Shown here in pieces: positions 55,309 through 64,000 of a DNA stretch of 64,000 bases (within the stretch, counting starts at the first letter, position 1; each line of letters opens with the position of its first letter). Source of the stretch: a virus. A program made the position numbers and the translations under genes. The notes under the pieces are model-generated. The model did no database searches and was not told the origin of the DNA. It saw only the letters and a program-made list of their open reading frames with translations. The stretch is from the IMG/VR virus record IMGVR_UViG_3300035661_000054, one strand, 5' to 3'.

Positions 55309-55758
55309 ATGGAAAATTCTGAATTAAAGTGGCATAAGCGTTTTGCTGAAATGACAAAAATGGTTTCTTCATGGTCTAAAGATCCATCTACTCAAGTTGG
55401 TGCTGTTATTGTAGATGAAGATAATCGCATTATTTCTTGTGGTTATAACGGGTTTCCTAAATCAATTCCTGATGATGAACAGCTTTTAATGGATCGTGAT
55501 TTTAAGTATGATGTCATTATTCATGCTGAAGAAAATGCCATTATGTTTGCAAATACAAGTTTAAAAGGTAAAACTATTTACGTTACGCATCACCCATGCC
55601 CTAAATGCGCTTCTAAAATCGCTCAAACTGGTATTTCTCGTGTTGTGGTAACAACTAAGCCAAGTGCTGATTTTATGGAACGTTGGAAGGTTTCTATGGC
55701 TCGTTCTAAATATATTTTGCAACACGCAGAAGTTGATGTTTTAATTTTAGAGGATTAA
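55309..55758 (+). CDS. cd: dCMP deaminase (deoxycytidylate deaminase)
   Basis: CMP/dCMP deaminase zinc-binding motifs HAEENAI and PCPKCA. Confidence 0.85.
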   Translation: MENSELKWHKRFAEMTKMVSSWSKDPSTQVGAVIVDEDNRIISCGYNGFPKSIPDDEQLLMDRDFKYDVIIHAEENAIMFANTSLKGKTIYVTHHPCPKCASKIAQTGISRVVVTTKPSADFMERWKVSMARSKYILQHAEVDVLILED

Positions 55759-55760
55759 TT

Positions 55761-56336
55761 ATGTTTGATTTAGAGCAAGCTAAAAAATCTTTCTTTAATT
55801 GGATTGAATCTTTTTTAGAACAGAAAATATATGCCATTGTTGCTACTGATGTTAAAGGTGGTATTGGTTTGGAAAATAAATTACTTTTTAAATCAAGAAA
55901 AGATTTAAGTAATTTTAAAAATCTTACAGTTGGCAATATTGTAATCATGGGTAGAAAAACCTTTGATTCTATTTTTGATTATATTGAATCTGCTTTACCT
56001 GATAGGGTTAATATTGTAATTACTTCAAAAAAACAAGAAATGGAAAACAAATTTCGTTTTGATAATTTGTTTTTTGTAGAATCTAAAGAGGAAGCAATTG
56101 CTTTAAGTAAAGAATTTTATTTTAAAGATATTTTTGTAATTGGTGGTGGAAGTGTTTACGAGTTATTTAAAGAAGATTTTGATGGTGTTTTTTTAACTGT
56201 TTGTGATTTTGAGTTTAAAGCTGATACTTTTTTTGATTTAGAATATTGTTTTAGTAATTTTGATGTATTTTTTAATTTTAAGTTTTCTGATAATGGTTTA
56301 AATTTTTCTTTTAAAGAGTTGGTTAGAAAAGAATAA
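55761..56336 (+). CDS. frd: dihydrofolate reductase
   Basis: IYAIVATDVKGGIGLENKLLFKSRKDLSNFKNLTVGNIVIMGRKTFDSI matches DHFR N-terminal consensus (GIG..N.LPW, FK..T, MGRKT). Confidence 0.75.
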   Translation: MFDLEQAKKSFFNWIESFLEQKIYAIVATDVKGGIGLENKLLFKSRKDLSNFKNLTVGNIVIMGRKTFDSIFDYIESALPDRVNIVITSKKQEMENKFRFDNLFFVESKEEAIALSKEFYFKDIFVIGGGSVYELFKEDFDGVFLTVCDFEFKADTFFDLEYCFSNFDVFFNFKFSDNGLNFSFKELVRKE

Positions 56337-56350
56337 TTTTTGGAAGTTTT

Positions 56351-56782
56351 TTGTGGGTTTTGAACATTGGGGAAACTGGCGACTTGACTACGTTAGAAAA
56401 GCTTAATAAAACCATTCCGTTATTAGAAAAATTTAATGGTTGTAAAATTATTGATATTTTAGAGGAACTGAAAAACATCAAAGAAAATGATTTTTGGTGT
56501 TTTGTTGTTCATATAAGCTATAAACCTTTAAATGGCATGATTTCTTTTAATATTGATAATTATTCTCTAACTGATATGCATAACCTTAATGATATTTTTA
56601 ATACAGATATGTTGTATTATCATTTAAATAAAAGAATTAATTCTTTTAGTAACAATTATAAAAGCGAAAACAATTTTACAAGCAAAAAAAATATAAATAA
56701 AAAAACCATAAGTAAAACAAAAAAAGAATCCGATAAAAAGCAAAATAATGAAACAGTTGAATTTCAGCAAAGCTTGTTCTGA
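56351..56782 (+). CDS. hypothetical protein (TTG start)
   Basis: 143-aa ORF. Confidence 0.35.
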   Translation: MWVLNIGETGDLTTLEKLNKTIPLLEKFNGCKIIDILEELKNIKENDFWCFVVHISYKPLNGMISFNIDNYSLTDMHNLNDIFNTDMLYYHLNKRINSFSNNYKSENNFTSKKNINKKTISKTKKESDKKQNNETVEFQQSLF

Positions 56783-56846
56783 TTGACTTAATATGGGTTT
56801 TGTTATATAATAATCGCATGTTCGTTAGTTGATTGGTGGCTTCAAA

Positions 56847-57740
56847 ATGCATAAAAACATTAAACTTATTTCATCTTATGTTAATGGTGATACCTTGGTT
56901 AGTATTTACGAAGATGGAACAAAGGTTAGAAAGGGGATTGGTGAATCTGTTTTTCCTGAATCTATGGATGTTAAAATTACTGACTATTGTGATGCTGGTT
57001 GTAAGTGGTGTCATGAAGATTCTACATCTAAAGGCAAACATGGTGATTTAGAATCTGTTGTTAATATTTACAAACAAATGCCTAAAGGTGTTGAAATTGC
57101 TATTGGTGGTGGCAATCCATTATCTCATCCTCAATTTGATGAATTTGTTCGTGAGCTTTCTTCTTTTGGTGTAATTTGTAATGTAACAGTTAATGAATTT
57201 CATTGGACAAGTGAAACTGTTTCTCGTTTAGAGAAATTAATTTCTGATGGTGCAATTAAGGGTGTTGGTTATTCTTATACTAAAAAGCCTTTGGATTGGG
57301 ATTATGAACATGCTTGCACTCATTTAATTGCTGGAATTAATCACTATGATGAACTTGATGAAATTGTGAAAAACAATTCTAAAAAAGTTTTGTTGCTTGG
57401 TTATAAAGATTTTAGACGTGGTTCGCATTATAAATCAAAACATGATGAAACTGTTATGGAAAACATTTCTATTTGGTATCGTTTTCTATTTACAGCGGCA
57501 AGAAAAGCGCATTTATCTTTTGATAATTTAGCTATTAGCCAGCTTAACCCTAAACGTTTGTTTGTTAATGATTCTGATTATGATAAATTTTTTATGGGTG
57601 AAGATGGTACAAGAACTATGTATATGGATGCAGTTAATCAGGAATATGCTTACAGCTCAACGGGTATTTTTAGAAAAAAATTTGATAAAGATACCAATGT
57701 TTATCAAATGTTTGATTCTGTTAAAAAATTAAAAGCTTGA
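56847..57740 (+). CDS. radical SAM domain protein
   Basis: CDAGCKWC (Cx3Cx2C) cluster motif followed by GGGNPLSHPQF (GGEPLL-like); ATG 56847 with GGTGG RBS. Confidence 0.55.
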   Translation: MHKNIKLISSYVNGDTLVSIYEDGTKVRKGIGESVFPESMDVKITDYCDAGCKWCHEDSTSKGKHGDLESVVNIYKQMPKGVEIAIGGGNPLSHPQFDEFVRELSSFGVICNVTVNEFHWTSETVSRLEKLISDGAIKGVGYSYTKKPLDWDYEHACTHLIAGINHYDELDEIVKNNSKKVLLLGYKDFRRGSHYKSKHDETVMENISIWYRFLFTAARKAHLSFDNLAISQLNPKRLFVNDSDYDKFFMGEDGTRTMYMDAVNQEYAYSSTGIFRKKFDKDTNVYQMFDSVKKLKA

Positions 57741-57794
57741 TTGTTTTTGTTTTTTTTGTTAAAATAGCTTTATTGTTAATTAAGGGAATTTAAA

Positions 57795-58247
57795 ATGGAA
57801 AATAATGTTATAGGTTTTGGTCTTTCAATTCGTCAATCTGTTTTTGAAACAAATTCTTCTTCTATGCACTCTCTTTCAATTAGTGAGAATAACCAGATTT
57901 TAGAACAACCTTTTAAAAAGGAAACAACTTTACGTGGTTGGATTGAAGTTACTGGTGGTGATTTTGGTTGGGGATATGAAGAACTTGATACATCTGAAGA
58001 AAAATTGAATTATATTTTTCAAGAAATGTATCTTAATTCTAATGAAGAGACAATGAATCAATTTGCTCAATATTTTAAAGAAATGACTGGTATTGAGTTG
58101 AAAATTGATTTAGAAATGCTTAAAAGCGGTTATATTGATCATCAATCTTTTGGATTAATTAATGATAATTATCATGGTGACTTTAAGAAAATGTATCAAT
58201 TTGTTGTTTCTAATAGCTCAATTATCATTGACAATGATAATCATTAA
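57795..58247 (+). CDS. hypothetical protein
   Basis: 150-aa ORF behind TGtTAAAAT promoter. Confidence 0.45.
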   Translation: MENNVIGFGLSIRQSVFETNSSSMHSLSISENNQILEQPFKKETTLRGWIEVTGGDFGWGYEELDTSEEKLNYIFQEMYLNSNEETMNQFAQYFKEMTGIELKIDLEMLKSGYIDHQSFGLINDNYHGDFKKMYQFVVSNSSIIIDNDNH

Positions 58248-58261
58248 AAAAGGATTTAGTT

Positions 58262-58678
58262 ATGAAAGTTAAATTTAATTTAAAAGCTTCTGATATTAAA
58301 ACAAGTGAAGATGTTTCTAAGTATGTTTTAGGTATTGTAAAACTTATAAAAAATTATGATGAAGATTTTGACCTTTCTTATTCAGAAGCTGCGGAAATGT
58401 TTGATTCTAATATTTTTACGAATTATGCTCCTTTGCACCATGTTATTCAATATGATATTTTTGGTTTCGAGTTGACTTTAGAAAAAATAGATGCTTCCGA
58501 ATCTAATCATGATGGTGAGCCTATGAATAATATTTACAAAATCACTGATCCAAGTGGCTCTATAGAGTTTATGATTACAAGTGTTTATTCCTCTTGGTCT
58601 GACCCTTATTATCATAATGAATCTATTTCTTTGTTTGATTATTATATTAAACAAGTTAAAGTTTATACTCCAAAATGA
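58262..58678 (+). CDS. hypothetical protein
   Basis: 138-aa ORF, RBS aaaggatttagttATG. Confidence 0.45.
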   Translation: MKVKFNLKASDIKTSEDVSKYVLGIVKLIKNYDEDFDLSYSEAAEMFDSNIFTNYAPLHHVIQYDIFGFELTLEKIDASESNHDGEPMNNIYKITDPSGSIEFMITSVYSSWSDPYYHNESISLFDYYIKQVKVYTPK

Positions 58679-58800
58679 ACTATATGACCGCTAATCATGG
58701 CGGTCACTTTTCTTTCCGTTTTTTGGGTAAAATTTATCCATCTCCCGCCTAAAAAACCTTCCTTTAAGGTTGGTTTTATTTAATTATTTTTTTGTTTCAT

Positions 58801-58829
58801 TTGACTTAACTTGTTATTTTTGCTATAAT
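58801..58829 (+). promoter_or_regulatory. sigma70-type promoter TTGACT-N17-TGcTATAAT
   Basis: TTGACT 58801-58806, TGCTATAAT 58821-58829. Confidence 0.6.
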
Positions 58830-58863
58830 TAACACATGGTAAAACAAGTTGCAGGTGATTAAA

Positions 58864-59307
58864 ATGGAATTCAAAAAAATCTCTATCATCAGAACCCCAG
58901 ATTCTTCTGCTTTATCTTTTTTTGGTTTTGGTTTATCTGATGAAGATAAGGTTTTTATGTTTTTAAATTACAAAAACAACTCTGTGATTTATTGTTACGA
59001 AAGTCTTATTGATGATTATTCTTCTTGTGAAATTGATTTTGATTTTTTTCCTTTTCATATTTCTTCTATTAAAAAATACTTTATTAATGAAAATAATGAT
59101 AATGGTTATTTTTCAAATAAATATGTAAAAATTAAAGCTTTTGATTTTTTCTCTAATAGTAATATTGAAGAAGTTTCTATTTCAGGAAAAAGAATATCTG
59201 AATCTGATTTTTTTAACTGTTTTAATTTAATTGTTAAAGTTGACTTTGATTATACTAATTGTAAAGGTATTGATTTTAAATTTGAACTTCCTTGGTTTAT
59301 GGCTTAA
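58864..59307 (+). CDS. hypothetical protein
   Basis: ATG 58864 after gcaggtga RBS (track start 58849 is TTG). Confidence 0.4.
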   Translation: MEFKKISIIRTPDSSALSFFGFGLSDEDKVFMFLNYKNNSVIYCYESLIDDYSSCEIDFDFFPFHISSIKKYFINENNDNGYFSNKYVKIKAFDFFSNSNIEEVSISGKRISESDFFNCFNLIVKVDFDYTNCKGIDFKFELPWFMA

Positions 59308-59404
59308 TCCAATATCCAGCCACAAAAGATTGTTAAAAGTGTTGACAATCTGATTAAGGTTAATTATAATTACATTTTAATTTTTAGTTAGGGGTGTATT
59401 TAAA

Positions 59405-59992
59405 ATGTCGAAAAAAGCAGAAAATAAAATTAGTGCAAGAAAAGCGTCAATTATTGAGCAAGAGTTAAGTAGAATTGTTGTTGGTTTTTTGAGCAACAAT
59501 AGAAATACTGTTTTAAATGCAGATGCTTTTGAAACAAATATTGAAAAGTTTTACGAAAAACATAAAAATGCGTTTTTTGATGCTTATGTGAATTTTGAAA
59601 CAGCTGTAGCGGCTAAATTTTCTATTCGAGAAAAAATTTCTCAGTTTAATTGTGAACATGGTATTAATACACGTTTAACCAATATTGAGCGTATTAAAAC
59701 AATGATTCGTGGATGTGATCCAATTATTTCAGCGGATGAAATGGATTATAGCGATATTAAAGAACGTTTTGCTGTTTTCTTATCTGATGGTAAATCTGAT
59801 CAGCGCACACGTTTTTCATTTCCAGTTGGAATTATTGATTCAAAATCTAAAAAAATGGTTACTGATGAAGTTAATAGATTGAAAATTGAGATGCGTACAT
59901 TGCAAGACGAAATTGCAGTTATTAACAACTCAATGTATATCGAATTAGGTGGTGAGTTGGTAGAAGATTTAAAAAAATTAGGTCTTTATTGA
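59405..59992 (+). CDS. hypothetical protein
   Basis: 195-aa ORF, RBS ttaggggtgtatttaaaATG. Confidence 0.45.
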   Translation: MSKKAENKISARKASIIEQELSRIVVGFLSNNRNTVLNADAFETNIEKFYEKHKNAFFDAYVNFETAVAAKFSIREKISQFNCEHGINTRLTNIERIKTMIRGCDPIISADEMDYSDIKERFAVFLSDGKSDQRTRFSFPVGIIDSKSKKMVTDEVNRLKIEMRTLQDEIAVINNSMYIELGGELVEDLKKLGLY

Positions 59993-60266
59993 TCTAAGGC
60001 GTATTTAAATAGTTTAAAATAATATGAACGGCTCTGATTTTTAAAAGAATCAGAACTAAATTGGGTCTTGTTTTAGGTTAAGATAAATTTATTTGTTGAT
60101 TGTTTATTGTTACCTTATTTTATACCCTTATGTTGGTTGTTGATTGTTATTTGTTGGTTGTACTATAAACTATTTAAATACTTGATTTACTTAAACTTTC
60201 GGTGTAGAGTAAATTGAAATTAGTTTTGTTTTAGCCAAACAATAAACCGTTCAAAGGAAATTAAAA

Positions 60267-60953
60267 ATGTCTTTAAGTCACGATCAAATATCTGAACTTG
60301 GTGCTAAATGGTTAACCAGTAAAGGATACAAATACGTATTCTCTAACATGCGTTCTTCATTTGCTAATGAAAATCCTGATGCTCTTGGTTTTAAAAATGG
60401 TTTTACTGATGCTTTTGTAATAGAAGTTAAAGTTAGTCGTTCTGATTTTTTAGCTGATTCTAAAAAAGATAGTAGAGAGCTTGGAAAAGGTATTGGGTTG
60501 CATTATGCCTACTTAACACCTAAAGGACTATTAAAACCAGAAGAAATACCCTATGGTTGGTGGTTATTAGAGGTTTCAGATGGTAAAAATCCAAAAATCA
60601 AAATCATAAAAGGTGTTTCAAAAAGTAAAGGTAAAATAATTTATCCTAATACTGATTGCGAAGAAATGCTTTATTTTAGAAATTATTTTTCAGAAAATAA
60701 AGAAAAAGAACTATATAGAAATCAAACTGTAATGGGTTGGATTTGCCGATTCTTTGATAGGTTGCACGAGTCTGATATTAACCTTTCCGATTTAGGTAAT
60801 GGGAATTTTGTCATAAATAGGACGAAATACAAAGACGAAAAAATATCGCTTTTAGAACAAAGAATTAAGCAATTAGAACAACAAAACTTTTTCTTTAATC
60901 AACAAAAAAGAACCCAAGAAAATAATCAAAAATTTCTTAATAATTTGATTTAA
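60267..60953 (+). CDS. possible PD-(D/E)xK nuclease-fold protein with C-terminal coiled coil
   Basis: ENPDALGF...TDAFVIEVKVSRSD gives PD...(D)-x-E-V-K arrangement. Confidence 0.35.
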   Translation: MSLSHDQISELGAKWLTSKGYKYVFSNMRSSFANENPDALGFKNGFTDAFVIEVKVSRSDFLADSKKDSRELGKGIGLHYAYLTPKGLLKPEEIPYGWWLLEVSDGKNPKIKIIKGVSKSKGKIIYPNTDCEEMLYFRNYFSENKEKELYRNQTVMGWICRFFDRLHESDINLSDLGNGNFVINRTKYKDEKISLLEQRIKQLEQQNFFFNQQKRTQENNQKFLNNLI

Positions 60954-61003
60954 TTGTTTGTTTTTGATATAATTAACTTAATTAATTATGGGGGGTTGAT
61001 TTT

Positions 61004-61453
61004 ATGCTTTATGATTACTGTTTTTATTCTAATATTACAAAATCTTTGGAAAACTTTCCTAAAGCTCCTTCACGATTAAGGATTGATGATTCACTTCTTT
61101 TTGATAACTTTAAAATTAGAAAACAAGATTTACATTTCTTGAAAAGTATTGGTGCTGTTCCTGACTTTGATTCTCCTTCTGGTTGGTGTAAACTTTCACA
61201 AGATGTTGATGAACATAAAGACGGTTTTGGTAAGACGCTTCTTTACTGTGATTCAGGTGCTTCTACTTTTAATTATTATAATGGTGTTGATTTTTTTTAT
61301 ATTGCTTTAACCAGAGGTTCTTATTTGGTTTTTAATGACTATAATGAGCATAGTTTAACTATTCATACAAGAACGACTAATCTTATGGTTTGTGGTGTTA
61401 AAGATTTTCTAAAAAAACAGGATAATTGTTTTTTTAAGGGTAATTTTAAATAA
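61004..61453 (+). CDS. hypothetical protein
   Basis: 149-aa ORF behind TGaTATAAT promoter. Confidence 0.4.
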   Translation: MLYDYCFYSNITKSLENFPKAPSRLRIDDSLLFDNFKIRKQDLHFLKSIGAVPDFDSPSGWCKLSQDVDEHKDGFGKTLLYCDSGASTFNYYNGVDFFYIALTRGSYLVFNDYNEHSLTIHTRTTNLMVCGVKDFLKKQDNCFFKGNFK

Positions 61454-61465
61454 AGGGGTTGAAAA

Positions 61466-61933
61466 ATGTTTTTAAATAAAGAAGTTGAAACTGATACGCA
61501 TATTCACGGTTTTTTTGGTAAATATCGTTTTTTAAGTAATTTTCATTTGTGTCCTGTTTTTGTATGGAATGATGGTTTAACTTATCCATCTTCTGAAAAT
61601 GCTTATATGGCTCAAAAAACAAGCTCTAAGCTTGTTAAAGAAATTTTTGCTATGAATTGTGTAACACCAAAACATGCCAGAAATCTTGGTCAACAAATCA
61701 TTGTCGAAGATGATTGGGATGTTTTGAGAGTTGGTATTATGTACTTTTGTGTTAAATTAAAATTTCTTCAGAATCCAGATATTTCTGAACTTTTATTGGC
61801 AACTGGTGATAAAATATTGGAAGAAACTAATGGTTGGAATGATACCTTTTGGGGTGTCTGCAATGGTGTTGGTGAAAATAATCTTGGTAAGATTTTGATG
61901 AGTGTTAGGGAAGAAATTATTAAAGGAATTTAG
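61466..61933 (+). CDS. NADAR (YbiA-like, DUF1768) domain protein
   Basis: GFFGKYRFLSNFH...P...ENAYMAQK and later W..D conserved stretch typical of NADAR family. Confidence 0.6.
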   Translation: MFLNKEVETDTHIHGFFGKYRFLSNFHLCPVFVWNDGLTYPSSENAYMAQKTSSKLVKEIFAMNCVTPKHARNLGQQIIVEDDWDVLRVGIMYFCVKLKFLQNPDISELLLATGDKILEETNGWNDTFWGVCNGVGENNLGKILMSVREEIIKGI

Positions 61934-62091
61934 TATATGTTTATGTTTTTAATTGAAAAGCTAATTCAGTAATTGTAGATAGATGTTTTAATTAATAACG
62001 GTAAATATTGATTAATTTTTAGTTTTAATGTAGTTTCAAGGGGATTTTTATGAAAAAAGTTTTTAAATTTGTTAAATAAGGAGATGCAGTA

Positions 62092-62367
62092 ATGGTAGAA
62101 GTTCCTCTTTTGCTTGTTATTTTTTCAATCGGAATGGTTATTGCATTAGTTCTATATTTGATTGAATATCTTCTTGAAGAATACCAGCATAAAAAGAAAG
62201 ATAAACCGTTAGAACAGATTAAGGAATCTCAAATTGACATTAATGAACTAACTCCAGACGAAATCGAGTTAATTAGGTGCAAACGCACTGCTGAATCAAT
62301 AAATTGCCAAAAAGATGACAAGGAAAAGACAACTAAGAAAATAGTGGTTTTTCTGATTTCGATATAG
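62092..62367 (+). CDS. small membrane-anchored protein
   Basis: N-terminal TM LLLVIFSIGMVIALVLYLIEYLL; 91 aa. Confidence 0.3.
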   Translation: MVEVPLLLVIFSIGMVIALVLYLIEYLLEEYQHKKKDKPLEQIKESQIDINELTPDEIELIRCKRTAESINCQKDDKEKTTKKIVVFLISI

Positions 62368-62598
62368 GTATTAGAATTGTTGATGATATATCTTTAATAT
62401 CTAAAAGAAATATTCTGCCTTTTTAATTTACTTTTATTAAATTAAAGCAAAAAATGCAGGTAGATATTTTAGTTAATGGTATTAAACTTGATTAATTTTT
62501 GGTTTTGATGTATAATTACTATTATGCTAAATAGAAAGGGTTTTACTTTTTTGATTGTTGTAGTATTTTTTGTTTAATGTTGTTTCAAAGGGGTTTTT

Positions 62599-63672
62599 AT
62601 GAAAAAAGTTTTTAAATTTCCATCAATCGAAAGTTTTAGTTCTATTGTTAAAAATGTTCGTGAAAAAGCTAAATTTGTTGGTTTAGATGATGAAGGTAAA
62701 GCAATTTTTGATGAAACCTTACGTGCGCCTGTTTACGAATTTCATGGTACTGTAAAGATTCATGGTACAAATTCTTCTATTTGTTACAATGAAAAGCATG
62801 GTTTATGGGTTCAGTCTCGCACAAACATTATTACGCCTTTAAGTGATAATGCTGGTTTTGCTGGTTACGTAGAGGCTAATAAAGAAGCTTTTATGGAATT
62901 GATTAAAGACTATGTTTCTAAAAATAATCTTGATGTTTCTGAAAATACCATTTGCATTTATGGGGAGTGGTGTGGTGGTTCTATTCAAAAAGGTGTTGCA
63001 GTAAACAAATTAAGTAAAATGTTTGTTATTTTTGGTATTAAATTAATGCAAGAAACGGATGAGATTGATCCAGAAACTGGTGAAGTTTTATTAAAGGGTT
63101 CTTGGTTGAATCATGTTGGTGTTAAGAATGAATCTATTCGATGCTATAATATCGAAGATTTTCCAACATTTAAGGTTGTTGTTGATTTTGAAAACCCTAA
63201 GCTTTCTAAAAATGAAATTGTTGATTTAACGATTCAAGTTGAGGAAAAATGTCCTGTTGGTCTTAAATTTGGTGTTGAAGGTATCGGAGAGGGTATTGTT
63301 TTCTCTTGTACTCTTGATGATGGAAGTGTAATTCGTTTTAAATCAAAAGGTGAAAAACACTCCAAAACTAAAGTAAAAGTATTAAAAGAAGTTGATAATG
63401 AACTTGAGGCTTTAAAACAAGGTTTGGCTTTAGAATTAACTCCAGATTGGCGTGTTGATCAAGCTATTCAAGAAGTATTTAATACTTTAAATAATGGTGT
63501 TGTTGACGTGAAAGGTTTGGGTGATGTTATTAAGTGGGTATTGGCTGATATTGTTAAAGAAGAAATTCATAAATTAGCGGAAGCTAAAATTGAATTAAAG
63601 CAATTATCTTCTTATATTTCTGCTAATGTTAAAAAACGATTCTTTGTTGTTTTGAAAGAAAATTTAGTTTAA
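62599..63672 (+). CDS. rnlB: RNA ligase 2 (T4 Rnl2-like)
   Basis: FKFPSIESF...KIHGTNSSI (motif I KxHGTN) parallels T4 Rnl2 KYSSLENHY...KIHGTNFSL; EWCGGSIQKGV vs EFAGPGIQKNV. Confidence 0.7.
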   Translation: MKKVFKFPSIESFSSIVKNVREKAKFVGLDDEGKAIFDETLRAPVYEFHGTVKIHGTNSSICYNEKHGLWVQSRTNIITPLSDNAGFAGYVEANKEAFMELIKDYVSKNNLDVSENTICIYGEWCGGSIQKGVAVNKLSKMFVIFGIKLMQETDEIDPETGEVLLKGSWLNHVGVKNESIRCYNIEDFPTFKVVVDFENPKLSKNEIVDLTIQVEEKCPVGLKFGVEGIGEGIVFSCTLDDGSVIRFKSKGEKHSKTKVKVLKEVDNELEALKQGLALELTPDWRVDQAIQEVFNTLNNGVVDVKGLGDVIKWVLADIVKEEIHKLAEAKIELKQLSSYISANVKKRFFVVLKENLV

Positions 63673-64000
63673 AAAGGATTAAAAAATGAGTAAAAATGTT
63701 TTAGATGAATTAACAGATATGGAAAAAGATACTGTTATTGCGTTATCAATGGATAATGACCTATTTAATTCTTACATGGATAGTGGGGATGAAAGAATGA
63801 AAGAATTGGCGACATATTCTTTAGATAGTTCTATTATTGGTTCTATTGTTAAATATTTCGGTTTTGATTAAATTTGTTTTGAAAGAAAATTTAGTTTAAA
63901 AAGGATTAAAAAATGAGTAAAAATGTTTTAGATGAATTAACAGATATGGAAAAAGATACTGTTATTGCGTTATCAATGGATAATGACCTATTTAATTCTT
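63654..64000. repeat. tandem direct duplication of about 219 bp containing a small gene
   Basis: 63654-63780 is identical to 63873-64000 over the visible length. Confidence 0.85.
63686..63871 (+). CDS. hypothetical small protein (tandemly duplicated; second copy begins 63913)
   Basis: 61-aa ORF; 219-bp unit 63654-63872 repeated from 63873 to window end. Confidence 0.4.
   Translation: MSKNVLDELTDMEKDTVIALSMDNDLFNSYMDSGDERMKELATYSLDSSIIGSIVKYFGFD

Noticed and set aside
55706-55948. 80-aa minus ORF
   Set aside because: Antisense to dCMP deaminase/DHFR junction
56833-57051. 72-aa ORF in alternative frame of radical SAM gene
   Set aside because: Nested off-frame
1-64000. Integrase, transposase, IS elements, rRNA genes
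   Set aside because: No recombinase, DDE or rRNA-like sequences recognised anywhere in the window

Overview
This 64 kb window is AT-rich (roughly 30% GC by eye), very gene-dense and almost entirely plus-strand coding. It looks like an early or accessory region of a large (jumbo, possibly T4-like) bacteriophage rather than a cellular chromosome.

**Evidence for a phage:** the window carries homologues of phage RNA-repair enzymes: T4 RnlA-like RNA ligase 1, Rnl2-like ligase, T4 Pnk-like kinase-phosphatase. It also carries nucleotide and NAD metabolism genes (dCMP deaminase, DHFR, NAMPT, a Prs-like gene, a PnuC-like gene, a NADAR protein). Further phage-typical genes include a PIN-PhoH ATPase, a RecD-like helicase, a DnaQ/DexA-like exonuclease, a bacterial-type SSB and a sigma-70 family factor. 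There is a very large tRNA array of about 24 genes plus a tRNA-Lys pseudogene between 12.6 and 17.0 kb, and a tRNA-Cys at 52.0 kb. The many small unknown genes each sit behind a near-identical host-type promoter, TTGAC(A/T)-N17-TGnTATAAT, followed by stem-loop plus T-run terminators.

**Unusual content:**
1. A contiguous c-di-GMP signalling module at 2.7-7.4 kb: a metallophosphoesterase-PilZ fusion, a degenerate GGDEF, an HDOD protein and a PAS-GGEEF cyclase, next to an HtpX protease.
2. An apparently circularly permuted (two-piece) tmRNA gene at 51.7-52.0 kb. The acceptor piece ending in CCA lies upstream of the coding piece. The coding piece starts GGGGATG... and encodes the tag ANDENFAIAA.
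3. A distributed tRNA maintenance toolkit: RnlA, Rnl2, Pnk, CCA-adding enzyme, TilS, three CAT-anticodon tRNAs and the tmRNA.
4. A NAMPT-like plus Prs-like gene pair. It is compatible either with classical NadV/Prs NAD salvage or with the recently described phage NARP1 (Adps/Namat) NAD-reconstitution pathway. A PnuC-like transporter and a NADAR protein lie nearby.
5. A conserved structured repeat of about 70 nt, with compensatory stem changes, interleaved eight times with the tRNAs. Segmental duplications in the array have produced Glu(CTC)/Glu(TTC) anticodon variants.
6. Further cargo: a secreted EndoG-type nuclease, a PspA/IM30 homologue, a GC-rich probable horizontal-transfer islet at about 21.0-21.7 kb, and several tandem duplications.

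No rRNA, CRISPR array, integrase or transposase was seen. All functional calls come from motif-level reading of the translations and manual tRNA folding. Coordinates of RNA features are accurate to within a few bases.
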